Shown here piece by piece: positions 28,551 through 37,797 of a stretch of 64,000 nucleotides of DNA. Made by a program: the position numbers and the translations under genes. The stretch is from contig CAZBGU010000001.1 of the NCBI GenBank assembly GCA_964491805.1, positions 1,446 through 65,445 of the forward strand, written 5' to 3'. The notes below the pieces were generated by a model. It saw only the letters and a list, made by a program, of their open reading frames with translations. It was not told where the DNA came from and did no database searches. This DNA comes from an uncultured Candidatus Saccharibacteria bacterium (GTDB lineage Bacteria; Patescibacteriota; Minisyncoccia; Phycocordibacterales; UBA5272). Each line of letters opens with the position of its first letter. The stretch's first letter is position 1.

Positions 28551-29295
28551 ACACTTCTTTTAGTTGTCTGACGACAAGCGGGGTATATATTTTGAAATTA
28601 AGATTAACTTTTTTTCTTGCAACTATTGGTAATCTGTCAGCAATATAAACTATTTTATCACTAACTGATAGTAATTTCTTTGCGCCTCTGTTAGTTAGTA
28701 TATAAGCTCCAGCAAAAGACGGGGTCTTAATTGGGCTGATTGCGCAGTTTTTGTACACCGTTATCTGAATTTGTTCCAAAGAGAGAAGCGCTAAAAGATA
28801 GATACCTTTCATGAGTGACGTTGCTATAAAGAAAGTTTTTTCGAGAATGCCTTTCTTCTGTCTGGCGATGTCTTTTATTCCAGGTAGCCACAGATTGAAA
28901 AAATCAAGACCGTATGCAAAGTAGTCAAAAGATAAGTAGTCCCACTTGCTGCCAGATGTGTTTTTGGCAATCTCTCGTTCTACTATTTCTTTGAAGTTGT
29001 CAGGCAGGGTTACGTCGTCCTCAAGAACGAGCCCGTATGATATCTTTTCATTGTAAACTTTTTCTTGAGCAGTCCTGTGAGAGAGCGCACACCCTAGTTC
29101 TCCGTCGTTAAGGTCATCTTGTATATTCTTTTTTTTGTCGTAGTGTTTCTTTTTCTCTTCTTCAGTTAGGTTTTTGCCATACACTGCAGGTATACGCACA
29201 TACTCGATCGAAAGTTTTTTAAGTTGCTTGTCCATAAAGGCAAGCCTCTCGCTGTCTTTATCTAGGTTGATGAGATAACATGAAAATGATTGCAT
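28522..29295 (-). CDS. Glycosyltransferase family 25 (LPS-type)
   Basis: 'CYLINLDKDSERLAFMDKQLKKLSIEYVRIPAVYG' GT25 N-terminal signature. Confidence 0.7.
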   Translation of the reverse strand: MQSFSCYLINLDKDSERLAFMDKQLKKLSIEYVRIPAVYGKNLTEEEKKKHYDKKKNIQDDLNDGELGCALSHRTAQEKVYNEKISYGLVLEDDVTLPDNFKEIVEREIAKNTSGSKWDYLSFDYFAYGLDFFNLWLPGIKDIARQKKGILEKTFFIATSLMKGIYLLALLSLEQIQITVYKNCAISPIKTPSFAGAYILTNRGAKKLLSVSDKIVYIADRLPIVARKKVNLNFKIYTPLVVRQLKEVFDSNLHTTQ

Positions 29296-29391
29296 AAAAG
29301 TAAAATCAACTTGAATAGATTCATAGTAACACGAAAGACAGTATCTAAAAAAGAATGTGTATGGTACACTCCTTGATACAATTCATAACGT

Positions 29392-30111
29392 ATGTGGACA
29401 GCAAAACTTCAGCACAATAATAGGACAGAAGGAAGCGATGAAGGGTATAAAGGAATTCCTATTTTTGCTGGTTACAAGTTACACGAAACTTCATTTAAAA
29501 TTTTTACAAAATATTGCAAGGATACAAACGCGCGTATTCTTGTCTTGGGTGCTGGTGCTGGTGCGTTCGACCAGAGGTTGATAGATCATAATTTCAAAAA
29601 TATTCTTGCTGTAGAGTATCACAAAGAAATATACAGACCAGATGCTGAGGTCGTAAGCAGGGACCTCAATGAAGACTTTAACGATCTTGGACTGTTCGAT
29701 GTTGTTATCGCAATAGAAATAATCGAACACATCGAAAATCATTTTCATTTTGTAAGACAGATAAAGGATTTACTTAAGGATGATGGCGTGGCACTAATCA
29801 CTACGCCAAATGTTGAGAGCCCTATTTCAAGGATTAAATTTTTCTTACGTGGAGATCTCAGTTGTTTTACTCCTCACGAGATTAGTGACACCGGTCACAT
29901 AAATCCAATTTTTAAAAATATTTTTGTTGCACATCTTAAGAGTTGTGGATTGCGCCTACGGGAAGTTGCATACAGTACTACGTTGTGGGACATGAATCAG
30001 TTCTCTGGAATCACCCAGAAGCTATCCATGATTGTATTTAGAATTATGTCTTTGGTGATGCGAAATAAAACCGGGGGACAACTGTCTATCTTTGTTATCT
30101 CAAAAGAATAA
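29392..30111 (+). CDS. Class I SAM-dependent methyltransferase
   Basis: 'ILVLGAGAGAFD' motif I, 'LITTPNVE'. The start is uncertain. Confidence 0.5.
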   Translation: MWTAKLQHNNRTEGSDEGYKGIPIFAGYKLHETSFKIFTKYCKDTNARILVLGAGAGAFDQRLIDHNFKNILAVEYHKEIYRPDAEVVSRDLNEDFNDLGLFDVVIAIEIIEHIENHFHFVRQIKDLLKDDGVALITTPNVESPISRIKFFLRGDLSCFTPHEISDTGHINPIFKNIFVAHLKSCGLRLREVAYSTTLWDMNQFSGITQKLSMIVFRIMSLVMRNKTGGQLSIFVISKE

Positions 30112-30145
30112 TTTAAGACCCGCTTGTTTTACTTTCTGATATATT

Positions 30146-30922
30146 TTATGGTCGAATCAGGATTCTGATTGTTCTCATGCATATGTATATCCAAAATGTC
30201 GGATGAGTTAGAAGTCTCGCTTCTTTGCTTTCATATATAATTGTCAATAAGGTCTCTAACTGTTGTGTACGAGATCGCTTCCTAAAATTAAGACCGTCAG
30301 TTGAGTCGTAGCCGTCAGTGATGGTGCTGTTATGGTCGTGGTAGTAAGCTCGCTCATAAAGACCAAGTTGGAAGAAAAAAAACCATTCGTCTGCTTGTTT
30401 TACGTGATTCAAAAAGTGTATCTTGTTATGATCTATACATTTTTTTTCTATACAGTGTGTAACATCACCTTTCCATCTCCTCAGTATTAAGTAGTCTTTT
30501 GCATATAAATAGAATTTCTCGTCTCCAGGAAGCGATGAGATTGGCTTGCCATTTGTGTAGGCGCGATTCGTTATGAACCACTTTGTGTCACTATGGAGAA
30601 GGATTAAATCATGGAATGTTTGGAGTGTGTCAGGGGAAAAGTAGTCATCATCATCAAGGAAAATAATCCAACGCGAATCGGCAGATGTGTATTTAATTGC
30701 CTGGTTTCTGGTATAGTTGACGCCCTTGTTAATTTCGTTGACATGATAATGTATACGAGGGTCGTTAATCGATGAGGCAAAGTTCGTGTAATGAGTGTCA
30801 CTCGGAGAATCATTAACAATGATCATCTCCCAATGCTTATACGTTTGGTTTCTCAAGGAGTTAACCGCCCTCTCTAGACGGTCTGCACGCTTATAAGTTG
30901 GTGTGATGATACTAAAGAGCAT
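30146..30922 (-). CDS. Glycosyltransferase family 2
   Basis: 'FSIITPTYKRADRLERAVNSLRNQTYKHWEMIIVNDSPSD'. Confidence 0.75.
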   Translation of the reverse strand: MLFSIITPTYKRADRLERAVNSLRNQTYKHWEMIIVNDSPSDTHYTNFASSINDPRIHYHVNEINKGVNYTRNQAIKYTSADSRWIIFLDDDDYFSPDTLQTFHDLILLHSDTKWFITNRAYTNGKPISSLPGDEKFYLYAKDYLILRRWKGDVTHCIEKKCIDHNKIHFLNHVKQADEWFFFFQLGLYERAYYHDHNSTITDGYDSTDGLNFRKRSRTQQLETLLTIIYESKEARLLTHPTFWIYICMRTIRILIRP

Positions 30923-30932
30923 AGTAAGATAG

Positions 30933-31661
30933 TTAATCGAACCCTAAGATTTTTTTAAGAAGTGATTTTATTTTCAATTTTTCTGTTACTTTCACACCGA
31001 ATGAGTGGAGTCCAGTTTTCTTAAAAAATTTATTGAGTGGATTTCCCCATGAGTAGTTCCACCAGTGTACTGAGTATGTTTCATCTTTAATGTCTTTGTA
31101 GGAAAAATTTTTTATAGTTTCTTTGCTGTATGGATAAAATGCCGTATGTGTATAGATATGAACACCATCGATGTCCTGTTCTTTTTCTGTGAGTGTCCCT
31201 GCGTCAAGTTTTTGCTTTAAGAGTTCTGTCATTATGACTGGTGTCGGGGTTCTTGGGTGATCACCGTCATACCACTTGAGTGCACGTTCAACAAAAGGGT
31301 GGTTAGGTTCTGCTCCCATCATCGCATTATTAATATATGTAGAGTCTTCAAAACCCATGAACGCTGCATGTGAGAGCAGAGGGGAAATGTCTCGAACGAG
31401 TTCCATGTCAGTATCTACATAGACACCCCCCATCTTCTTTAGTACATCAAGACGCACAAAATCAGAAACGAAAGCCCACTTTTTTGCAGCAAGTGCATCT
31501 TTTGCATACTTTGGAGCCTTGCTTAGGTCGTACGTGTCCTCGTTCCACTCCATGATTTGCCAGTCAGGGCAATATGTTTCCCAGCTTTTTATACATCGTA
31601 GGATTAGTTTATCCTTTGGGTTTCTTCCAAACCAGCAATAGTGAATAATTTTTGGGATCAT
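30933..31661 (-). CDS. GT32-like glycosyltransferase (DXD), paralog of 17453..18166
   Basis: 'MIPKIIHYCWFGRNPK', 'YVDTDMEL'. Start chosen at MIPKIIH. Confidence 0.55.
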   Translation of the reverse strand: MIPKIIHYCWFGRNPKDKLILRCIKSWETYCPDWQIMEWNEDTYDLSKAPKYAKDALAAKKWAFVSDFVRLDVLKKMGGVYVDTDMELVRDISPLLSHAAFMGFEDSTYINNAMMGAEPNHPFVERALKWYDGDHPRTPTPVIMTELLKQKLDAGTLTEKEQDIDGVHIYTHTAFYPYSKETIKNFSYKDIKDETYSVHWWNYSWGNPLNKFFKKTGLHSFGVKVTEKLKIKSLLKKILGFD

Positions 31662-31829
31662 AAAATATAAGTTATATGTCGAAAGTATACCATTTAGCTG
31701 CTGAACTTCTCTGTGTAGTAGTGTTATTATTATTTTGGCAAAAAACAAACCACCCTGGTAATAAATATGCTCTATGATACACTTCATTCATTATTCCGTA
31801 TAATCAGGTAAAAAGTAGTAATTTTACGT

Positions 31830-34058
31830 ATGCAAAATTTTATAAAGAAAGCTGTGTGGTTGTGTCTTGCTATTGTGCCATTTATTGTGCTGCATGTTGC
31901 AGACGGGGGGCTTTTTGATGTGCTCAGTTGGTTTGGTGGATCAGGAATGTTCTTCCCATTTATTTCCGGGAAGAATCTTATATTTAGAATTCTCGTAGAA
32001 ATTGCATTTGCAGGATGGGCAGTTCTTGCTTTGTATGACTCTTCATATCGAATTAATATTAGAAAATCACCGATAATGATTGCGTACGGACTTTTCATTA
32101 TTGTTTTGCTTCTTGCTGATATTTTTGGTGTTGATCGTGAGAAGAGTATGTGGAGTAACTTTGAAAGAATGGAAGGATTTGTTGGTCATATCCATTTCTT
32201 TGCGTACTTCTTCGTTCTGACTGTTATGATTCGCACACTGCAGGATTGGCAGAAGTTGTGGAAGATGTTTATCGCTGCTGATGTTCTTGTTCTTTTGTAT
32301 GCGATCGGGCAGTTTCTTGGTGCAAAGGGGCTTGTTTTCTCTAATAATTTTCCAAAAGCAGCAGAGTGGTTTGCATCGCGATTTGCTGTGCACATGAGTG
32401 AAAACAGACTTGATGCAACGATCGGTAACTCGGCGTACTTTGCTATCTTCTGTCTCATGTATGTGTTCCTCGCTGCACTGCTCTGGTCTCAGTCTAAAGA
32501 ACCAAAGAAGCAATGGTTCTATCCTGTGCTTATGTTTGTTAACACGCTTGGTGTTCTTTACTCTGGAACGCGTGGAACAATGATAGGTTTGATTGTTGGT
32601 GCTTTTGTTTCACTCGGTATCATGGCATGGAAAGAGAAAGGCAGTTCGGGTTCTCTTATGAGAAAAATTTTTGCAGTGGCTTCCATTGCTTTAGTCCTCT
32701 TTATTTCTTCGGTTTTTATCTTTAAGAATAGTGCGTTTGTTAAGTCTTCTTCAGTTCTGACACGTATTTCGACTATTTCTCCTCATGACATTACAGGTGC
32801 AAGTCGACTTTCTATGTGGCAGATAAGTTTTGAAGCGTGGAAGGAGAGACCGCTTCTTGGGTATGGACAAGACAACTTTAGCTATGTATTTGCTCGCAAG
32901 TTTCTTCCAGAGAGAATGTGTAACCTTGAACCATGGTATGACAGATCTCATGATGTGTTTTTTGATTGGTTAGTTGCCGCCGGCACATTGGGTCTTTTAA
33001 CGTATCTTTCTTTGTACGGAGTTACGTTGTGGTTTATGTGGAAGAGAAAAGATCATTCAATGCCTCTCTCTGAGAAAGCGATTTTGACGGGTATGATTGT
33101 CGGTTACTTCGTTCATAATGTTTTCGTTTTCGATAACCTTACAAGTTATATTCTCTTCTTTGCCCTCTTAGCTTATATTACTGTTAGGACACGAGAAGAA
33201 TTACCCTCGCACGGTCACCCACTGTTTGATATGGACCAGATGAATCTTCTTATTGTTCCTGTCATAGGTCTCACACTCCTTGTTACTCAGTACTACGTTA
33301 ACTATAGACCTCTAGTTGTAAATCGTCTTGTTATTAAAGCTATGAGCTTTAGTAATTACGCAAAGACGATGCCATTTGCAGATGCTGTTAAAATTCAACA
33401 AAATGCATTTACAGATGCAATAGCAATGAATACGCTTGGAAGTATTGAAGCTCGTGAGCAGTTCCTTCAGATGTCTGTGCGTATGGCACAAATCAAGATC
33501 CCAGATACTCTTCCAGCAGGGGAGAAACAAGCAACAACACAAGCTCTAAACAACCTCATGCTTGCTGCAAGGAATGATGTTGAAAAATCATACCCTTCAT
33601 ACAATGAAGATGTTCGTATGCTTTCGATTTATGGACTTTTCTTTAACGGTATCGGAGACTCTGCTTCTGCAGAAAAAGTGCTCAAGGAAGCGATTAAATA
33701 TGCTCCTAATAAGCAGCTTGTTGCATATGATTTGATTCGCGCCTATCTATTGCAAAGAAAGTTTGCAGATGCATATGCGCTTGGCCGTACAACGTACGAT
33801 CTTTCAATCACATGTGCAGATGCACTAAGATGGTATCTCGTTAGTGCTTCTTATGCTGGTCAGTATATGGAGGCGAAAGCGTACGCTGCATCAAAGGGGC
33901 AGAACCCACCTGTTGACCAGGATGTCATTGCTGGAGTTCTTAATTCAGGTCAGATTTCTCTTGGAATAGAACTTCTCAACCAGCTCAAGAAATCTGATCC
34001 AAGCCTTGCACCTCAAATTGACGCGTATATAAAACAACTGCTTGTCCAAAAGAAATAG
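31830..34058 (+). CDS. O-antigen ligase/Wzy-family membrane protein fused to C-terminal TPR repeats
   Basis: Multi-TM. 'YSGTRGTMIGLIVGAF' Wzy_C-like motif. C-terminal ~250 aa TPR-like helical repeats. Confidence 0.6.
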   Translation: MQNFIKKAVWLCLAIVPFIVLHVADGGLFDVLSWFGGSGMFFPFISGKNLIFRILVEIAFAGWAVLALYDSSYRINIRKSPIMIAYGLFIIVLLLADIFGVDREKSMWSNFERMEGFVGHIHFFAYFFVLTVMIRTLQDWQKLWKMFIAADVLVLLYAIGQFLGAKGLVFSNNFPKAAEWFASRFAVHMSENRLDATIGNSAYFAIFCLMYVFLAALLWSQSKEPKKQWFYPVLMFVNTLGVLYSGTRGTMIGLIVGAFVSLGIMAWKEKGSSGSLMRKIFAVASIALVLFISSVFIFKNSAFVKSSSVLTRISTISPHDITGASRLSMWQISFEAWKERPLLGYGQDNFSYVFARKFLPERMCNLEPWYDRSHDVFFDWLVAAGTLGLLTYLSLYGVTLWFMWKRKDHSMPLSEKAILTGMIVGYFVHNVFVFDNLTSYILFFALLAYITVRTREELPSHGHPLFDMDQMNLLIVPVIGLTLLVTQYYVNYRPLVVNRLVIKAMSFSNYAKTMPFADAVKIQQNAFTDAIAMNTLGSIEAREQFLQMSVRMAQIKIPDTLPAGEKQATTQALNNLMLAARNDVEKSYPSYNEDVRMLSIYGLFFNGIGDSASAEKVLKEAIKYAPNKQLVAYDLIRAYLLQRKFADAYALGRTTYDLSITCADALRWYLVSASYAGQYMEAKAYAASKGQNPPVDQDVIAGVLNSGQISLGIELLNQLKKSDPSLAPQIDAYIKQLLVQKK

Positions 34059-34336
34059 TGATGATACACTAGAGGGGTGAGTGCACAAAGGTGTGCCCTA
34101 CAAGATAAATAAATGCCTGCATAAAGAGTCATCGAAAGATGGCTCCTTATGTTTTTATATGTGCGTAATCTTGTTGTGATCATATTGTTCTAATCATCTT
34201 TTAATCCCTTGAACGAAAAAGAGAAACCTTGTACACTAGTATTCGTGGTCATCCACTTCGCAAGTAATTGCGGTGGGCGACTGCGCTCACATAAGGCATT
34301 TATCTTTGGAGCATGCCACGCTCACCACAATTGTGT

Positions 34337-34397
34337 GCGAGGCAAATAAAACCACTCACGGTCGCGTTGCGACCGTGAGTGGTTTTATTTGCCTCGC
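34337..34397. repeat. 61-nt perfect hairpin (29-bp stem, 3-nt loop) inside a GC-rich ORF-less island
   Basis: gcgaggcaaataaaaccactcacggtcgc, then gtt, then gcgaccgtgagtggttttatttgcctcgc. No downstream T-run. Confidence 0.7.
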
Positions 34398-34449
34398 GCC
34401 CTTGCTTGCTATTCGATATATATATACTTTATTTGTCTAACGTATATAT

Positions 34450-35095
34450 ATGACAAATCCAAACTTTAATATAGACGGTTTTTCTTTGGAGACGCCTGAC
34501 CAGGCGGAACTGCGAGTAAAAGGACCTCCTAATGCCCCTAAGGTTTCAAAGAATCCAGAGGCAGAAAATGAAAAGTATATAATTCGACCAATAAAAAGTG
34601 CACCAGCAAGTGAGGAACGTAGGACAGCGATATTAGAGCAAATTGGCCCTGGTACAAAAAAAACCTGAAGTACAACCGAACATTGTAGAACCTCCACGTG
34701 AAGAACCGACAACGTATGATGATCGTAAACTATGCCAAATAGCAGAGGGTTTAGGTTATGATAGAGCAAGAATAGTTCGGCTTACTCCATCCGAGATTAG
34801 ATATCGTTTTGATACTCTTTATCAACATAATCGGAAAGAATGGTCTGGAGCGACCGCACTTGGAACTTTTACTGTAGCTGCAACTGGTGGGATACTTGCT
34901 ATCGGTTCGTCTGTCCCTGGTTCTGCCTTTGCGGTGTCTTCATTGCTTGCTGCACCACTTGCGATGCCTACGTTTCTTGTGGGTTCTGCATTATTGTTGG
35001 GTGGAGGTATGGCACTTGGTGCCGGGTATCAAATATTTAAATCATGGAAAAATAGAAGAAAAGCTGACAAAGCGCTTCAAGAAGGAGGGTACTAA
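34450..35095 (+). pseudogene. Hypothetical membrane protein gene split by a frameshift at an A8 run (ORFs 34450..34668 and 34643..35095)
   Basis: A7 instead of A8 at 34656-34663 would fuse the two ORFs into one ~214-aa protein with C-terminal Gly/Ala-rich TM helices. Confidence 0.4.
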
Positions 35096-35175
35096 AAAAT
35101 TAGTAACAATCAGAATTACTATAAAAGCAAGGATTTGTTCGCTTTTCTCATGCCTATTACCACCTAATACTTAGT

Positions 35176-36357
35176 CTAGCACTCCCCAACTGACCATGAT
35201 CCGTTTGCGGTTATTTTTACTTTTGGTGATTCGTCCTCCGCAATGTGGAGTAGTCCTGTTGCTGCAATCATGAGGCCGTTATCAGTGGATAAGTTGCGGT
35301 TAGGTATAAAGAGGCTGAATCCTTCTGCTTCTGCAAGATGTTTGAGCGCAAATCTGACATGTGAGTTAGCACTTACTCCGCCGCCAACAATCAGTGTCTT
35401 GGCACGTGTCTCGTACATTGCTTGGCGTACTTTGTGTATAAGAACATCAGTGACCGCATTTTCAAATTCTAGCGCAAGCATTCGTTTCGTTCTGTCGTCG
35501 AGATCTCCTCGTTTCTTTGTTCGTGTGAGAACTGCAGTCTTAAGACCGCTAAATGAAAAATTAAGATCACCGCTATGGAGCATGGGGCGAGGCAGTCTCA
35601 AGTCCTCGTCAACCACTAGACCTTCCTTACGTGCGTGTTCTGCAAGGCGGGATATTTCTGGGCCGCCAGGGTACGGAAGATCGAGCATACGTGCCGCTTT
35701 GTCGAAAGCCTCTCCAACTGCGTCATCTTTTGTTTTACCTATTACTTTATATGATCGAAGTTTTGGTACATGCACAAGTTCTGTGTGTCCACCTGATATA
35801 AGGAGTGCACACGCAGGTAAATCTATATCTGATATTTCATAAGTATCTTCTGTGACAGAAATGAGCCCAGCAACGATGTGTCCTTCCATGTGATTGATAG
35901 GGTATACAGGTACGTCCCATAGAAGTCTGAGAGCAAGGGCAGCGTTAACACCAACCCATAGTGCTGGCTCAAGTCCTGGTCCTTGGGTAACTGCGATAGC
36001 GTCGATTGCTGGCTTTTGAATACCTTCGAAGAGTACTTTCATTGCTGCTAGCATTTCTGGTTCTCGCTCAAGAAGGGTCTCGAGCTTTTTTCTTTCTGCG
36101 TTAGGAATGTGGTAGGTGTTGGTTCGTTCCGTTATGAGTTCTGCTTCGCCAAGAGCTTCAGCAATGAGTTGCGTAATGGCTTTCGTATGTTCGCGTTTCG
36201 CTAGAGCCGGGAAGACGCCACCATACTGTGCATGGAGGTCAATCTGAGAAAGGATTTTGTGTGACAATACTTCGAATCGTACCTGTTTGCCACGAACACG
36301 CTTCACAAGTGAAATAGCTGTCTCGTCGCAACTCGTTTCGATAGCAAGGAGGATCAT
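35176..36357 (-). CDS. tsaD: tRNA N6-adenosine threonylcarbamoyltransferase TsaD
   Basis: 'MILLAIETSCDETAISLV' and Kae1/TsaD-family motifs throughout. C-terminal extension relative to typical TsaD. Confidence 0.85.
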   Translation of the reverse strand: MILLAIETSCDETAISLVKRVRGKQVRFEVLSHKILSQIDLHAQYGGVFPALAKREHTKAITQLIAEALGEAELITERTNTYHIPNAERKKLETLLEREPEMLAAMKVLFEGIQKPAIDAIAVTQGPGLEPALWVGVNAALALRLLWDVPVYPINHMEGHIVAGLISVTEDTYEISDIDLPACALLISGGHTELVHVPKLRSYKVIGKTKDDAVGEAFDKAARMLDLPYPGGPEISRLAEHARKEGLVVDEDLRLPRPMLHSGDLNFSFSGLKTAVLTRTKKRGDLDDRTKRMLALEFENAVTDVLIHKVRQAMYETRAKTLIVGGGVSANSHVRFALKHLAEAEGFSLFIPNRNLSTDNGLMIAATGLLHIAEDESPKVKITANGSWSVGEC

Positions 36358-36453
36358 AATGTTTGACAGTATATCAAATTTACTAGTAATGGTGTTAGTT
36401 TGCAGATTTCTGTGCGCTTGTCCAAAGAGTAACTCTGTTGTAGAGTTGGTGGT

Positions 36454-36900
36454 ATGAAATTAGTAATTCTTAGTGTTGGTAAAGAAAAGGACGAAGTAAG
36501 TGCTGAACTTGTTCGACATTTTGAACTTCGCCTCCTTAGATACCTCCCTGTTGAATGGTTGCATGTTGACCATGCGGCAACAAAAGAAAAAGAAAGTGAA
36601 AAGATTCTTAGCCTTCTTAAGAAGGAGGATTATGTAGTTCTTCTTGATGAAAAGGGGAGAGATATGAAAAGTGAAGCACTTGCTGAAATGGTAGAGAATC
36701 GTATGGTTGATTCTGTAAGGCGTATGATCTTTATTATTGGTGGAGCCTACGGTGTTTCTGAGAATGTGTTCGCACGAGCTAACTATATTTGGAAGCTCTC
36801 GTCACTTGTGTTCCCTCACATGCTTGTGCGTATTATTCTTGTTGAGCAGCTCTACCGTGCGATGACCCTTTTGAAAGGAGAGAAGTATCATCATGAGTAG
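36454..36900 (+). CDS. rlmH: 23S rRNA (pseudouridine1915-N3)-methyltransferase RlmH
   Basis: SPOUT 'IFIIGGAYGVSENV', C-terminal 'LVRIILVEQLYRA...GEKYHHE', RlmH-like. Confidence 0.85.
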   Translation: MKLVILSVGKEKDEVSAELVRHFELRLLRYLPVEWLHVDHAATKEKESEKILSLLKKEDYVVLLDEKGRDMKSEALAEMVENRMVDSVRRMIFIIGGAYGVSENVFARANYIWKLSSLVFPHMLVRIILVEQLYRAMTLLKGEKYHHE

Positions 36901-36942
36901 AGGTTTTCTAAAAACAATAGACACTTGTTGTTATTTTTGTTC

Positions 36943-37018
36943 TGGTGGACAGTAGAGGATTCGAACCTCTGACATCTACAACGTCAATGTAGCGCTCTAC
37001 CAACTGAGCTAACCGTCC
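36943..37018 (-). tRNA. tRNA-Val (anticodon GAC), CCA encoded
   Basis: The reverse complement folds as GGACGGT/ACTGTCC acceptor, anticodon loop TTGACGT, T-arm AGAGGTTCGAATCCTCT, then CCA. Confidence 0.85.
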
Positions 37019-37128
37019 CTATGATCTACTAGTATACTATATAACACCAATTTTGAAAAAGTAAAATAATATGGTATTATATCGCGTACCGGTGATACTT
37101 TTTATTAAAAGGGTTTCACTATAAAGAC

Positions 37129-37203
37129 GGCCCCATCGTCTATCGGTTAGGACATCGGCTTTTCATGCCGGTAAGCGGAGTTCGACTCTCCGTGGGGTCA
37201 CCA
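37129..37203 (+). tRNA. tRNA-Glu (anticodon UUC), CCA encoded
   Basis: GGCCCCA/TGGGGTC acceptor, anticodon stem TCGGC/GCCGG with loop TTTTCAT, T-arm CGGAGTTCGACTCTCCG, then CCA. Confidence 0.85.
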
Positions 37204-37752
37204 ACAGGTCTTTATTGACCTTAAATTCTTCTGAGAGCTTGAAAACTAAAGATAGTTTTGGTGTTCCACTAACTAATTCTGTATAGGTTGGAAGTTCATC
37301 AAAGAAAAGGGTACATACTGAAAACCGGCTTCCATTTTAAAATCTCTTTTTCCAAGGTGTTCCACTCTAGGACGTATCGGCTCACAAATAGTAACAAAGC
37401 GGTCGTTGAAGCACTCAAACCCCTTTTTGCACTTATATCTCAACGTGGATCTTAAAGTCAGGTGGTTATGTCATCATTTCATTACTCCATCCAGATTACT
37501 GTAGAAAAGAGTTAGGGAGTAAGGGGTTGAAAGCAGTAGAGGGAACTCCTATGGAAGTAAGTGTATTCGGAACAACTCTTCACTATTTTTATCACGAACT
37601 TGAAGCGTATCTTGGTGAGGGGCTATATGCCGTTTCTTTACACCAAGCAACAAAATTCTCAACGTCAGCTTCTTCAAGCTCCATTTTTTGGTTGCGATAT
37701 TTGCAGCATTCTTCTGTTATTTTCCTGATATAACAGAAGAAATTATTTATAG

Positions 37753-37780
37753 AAAAAGCCCTACCGAAGTAGGGCTTTTT
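37753..37780. terminator. Bidirectional intrinsic terminator
   Basis: aaaaagccctac cgaa gtagggcttttt, with A/T runs on both sides. Terminates the minus-strand gene 37798..38286. Confidence 0.6.
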
Positions 37781-37797
37781 CGCACTGCGTTCCCTGC

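Noticed and set aside
35243-35842. 199-aa plus-strand ORF.
   Set aside because: It lies antisense within tsaD. Its Arg/Ser-rich composition is typical of a spurious frame.
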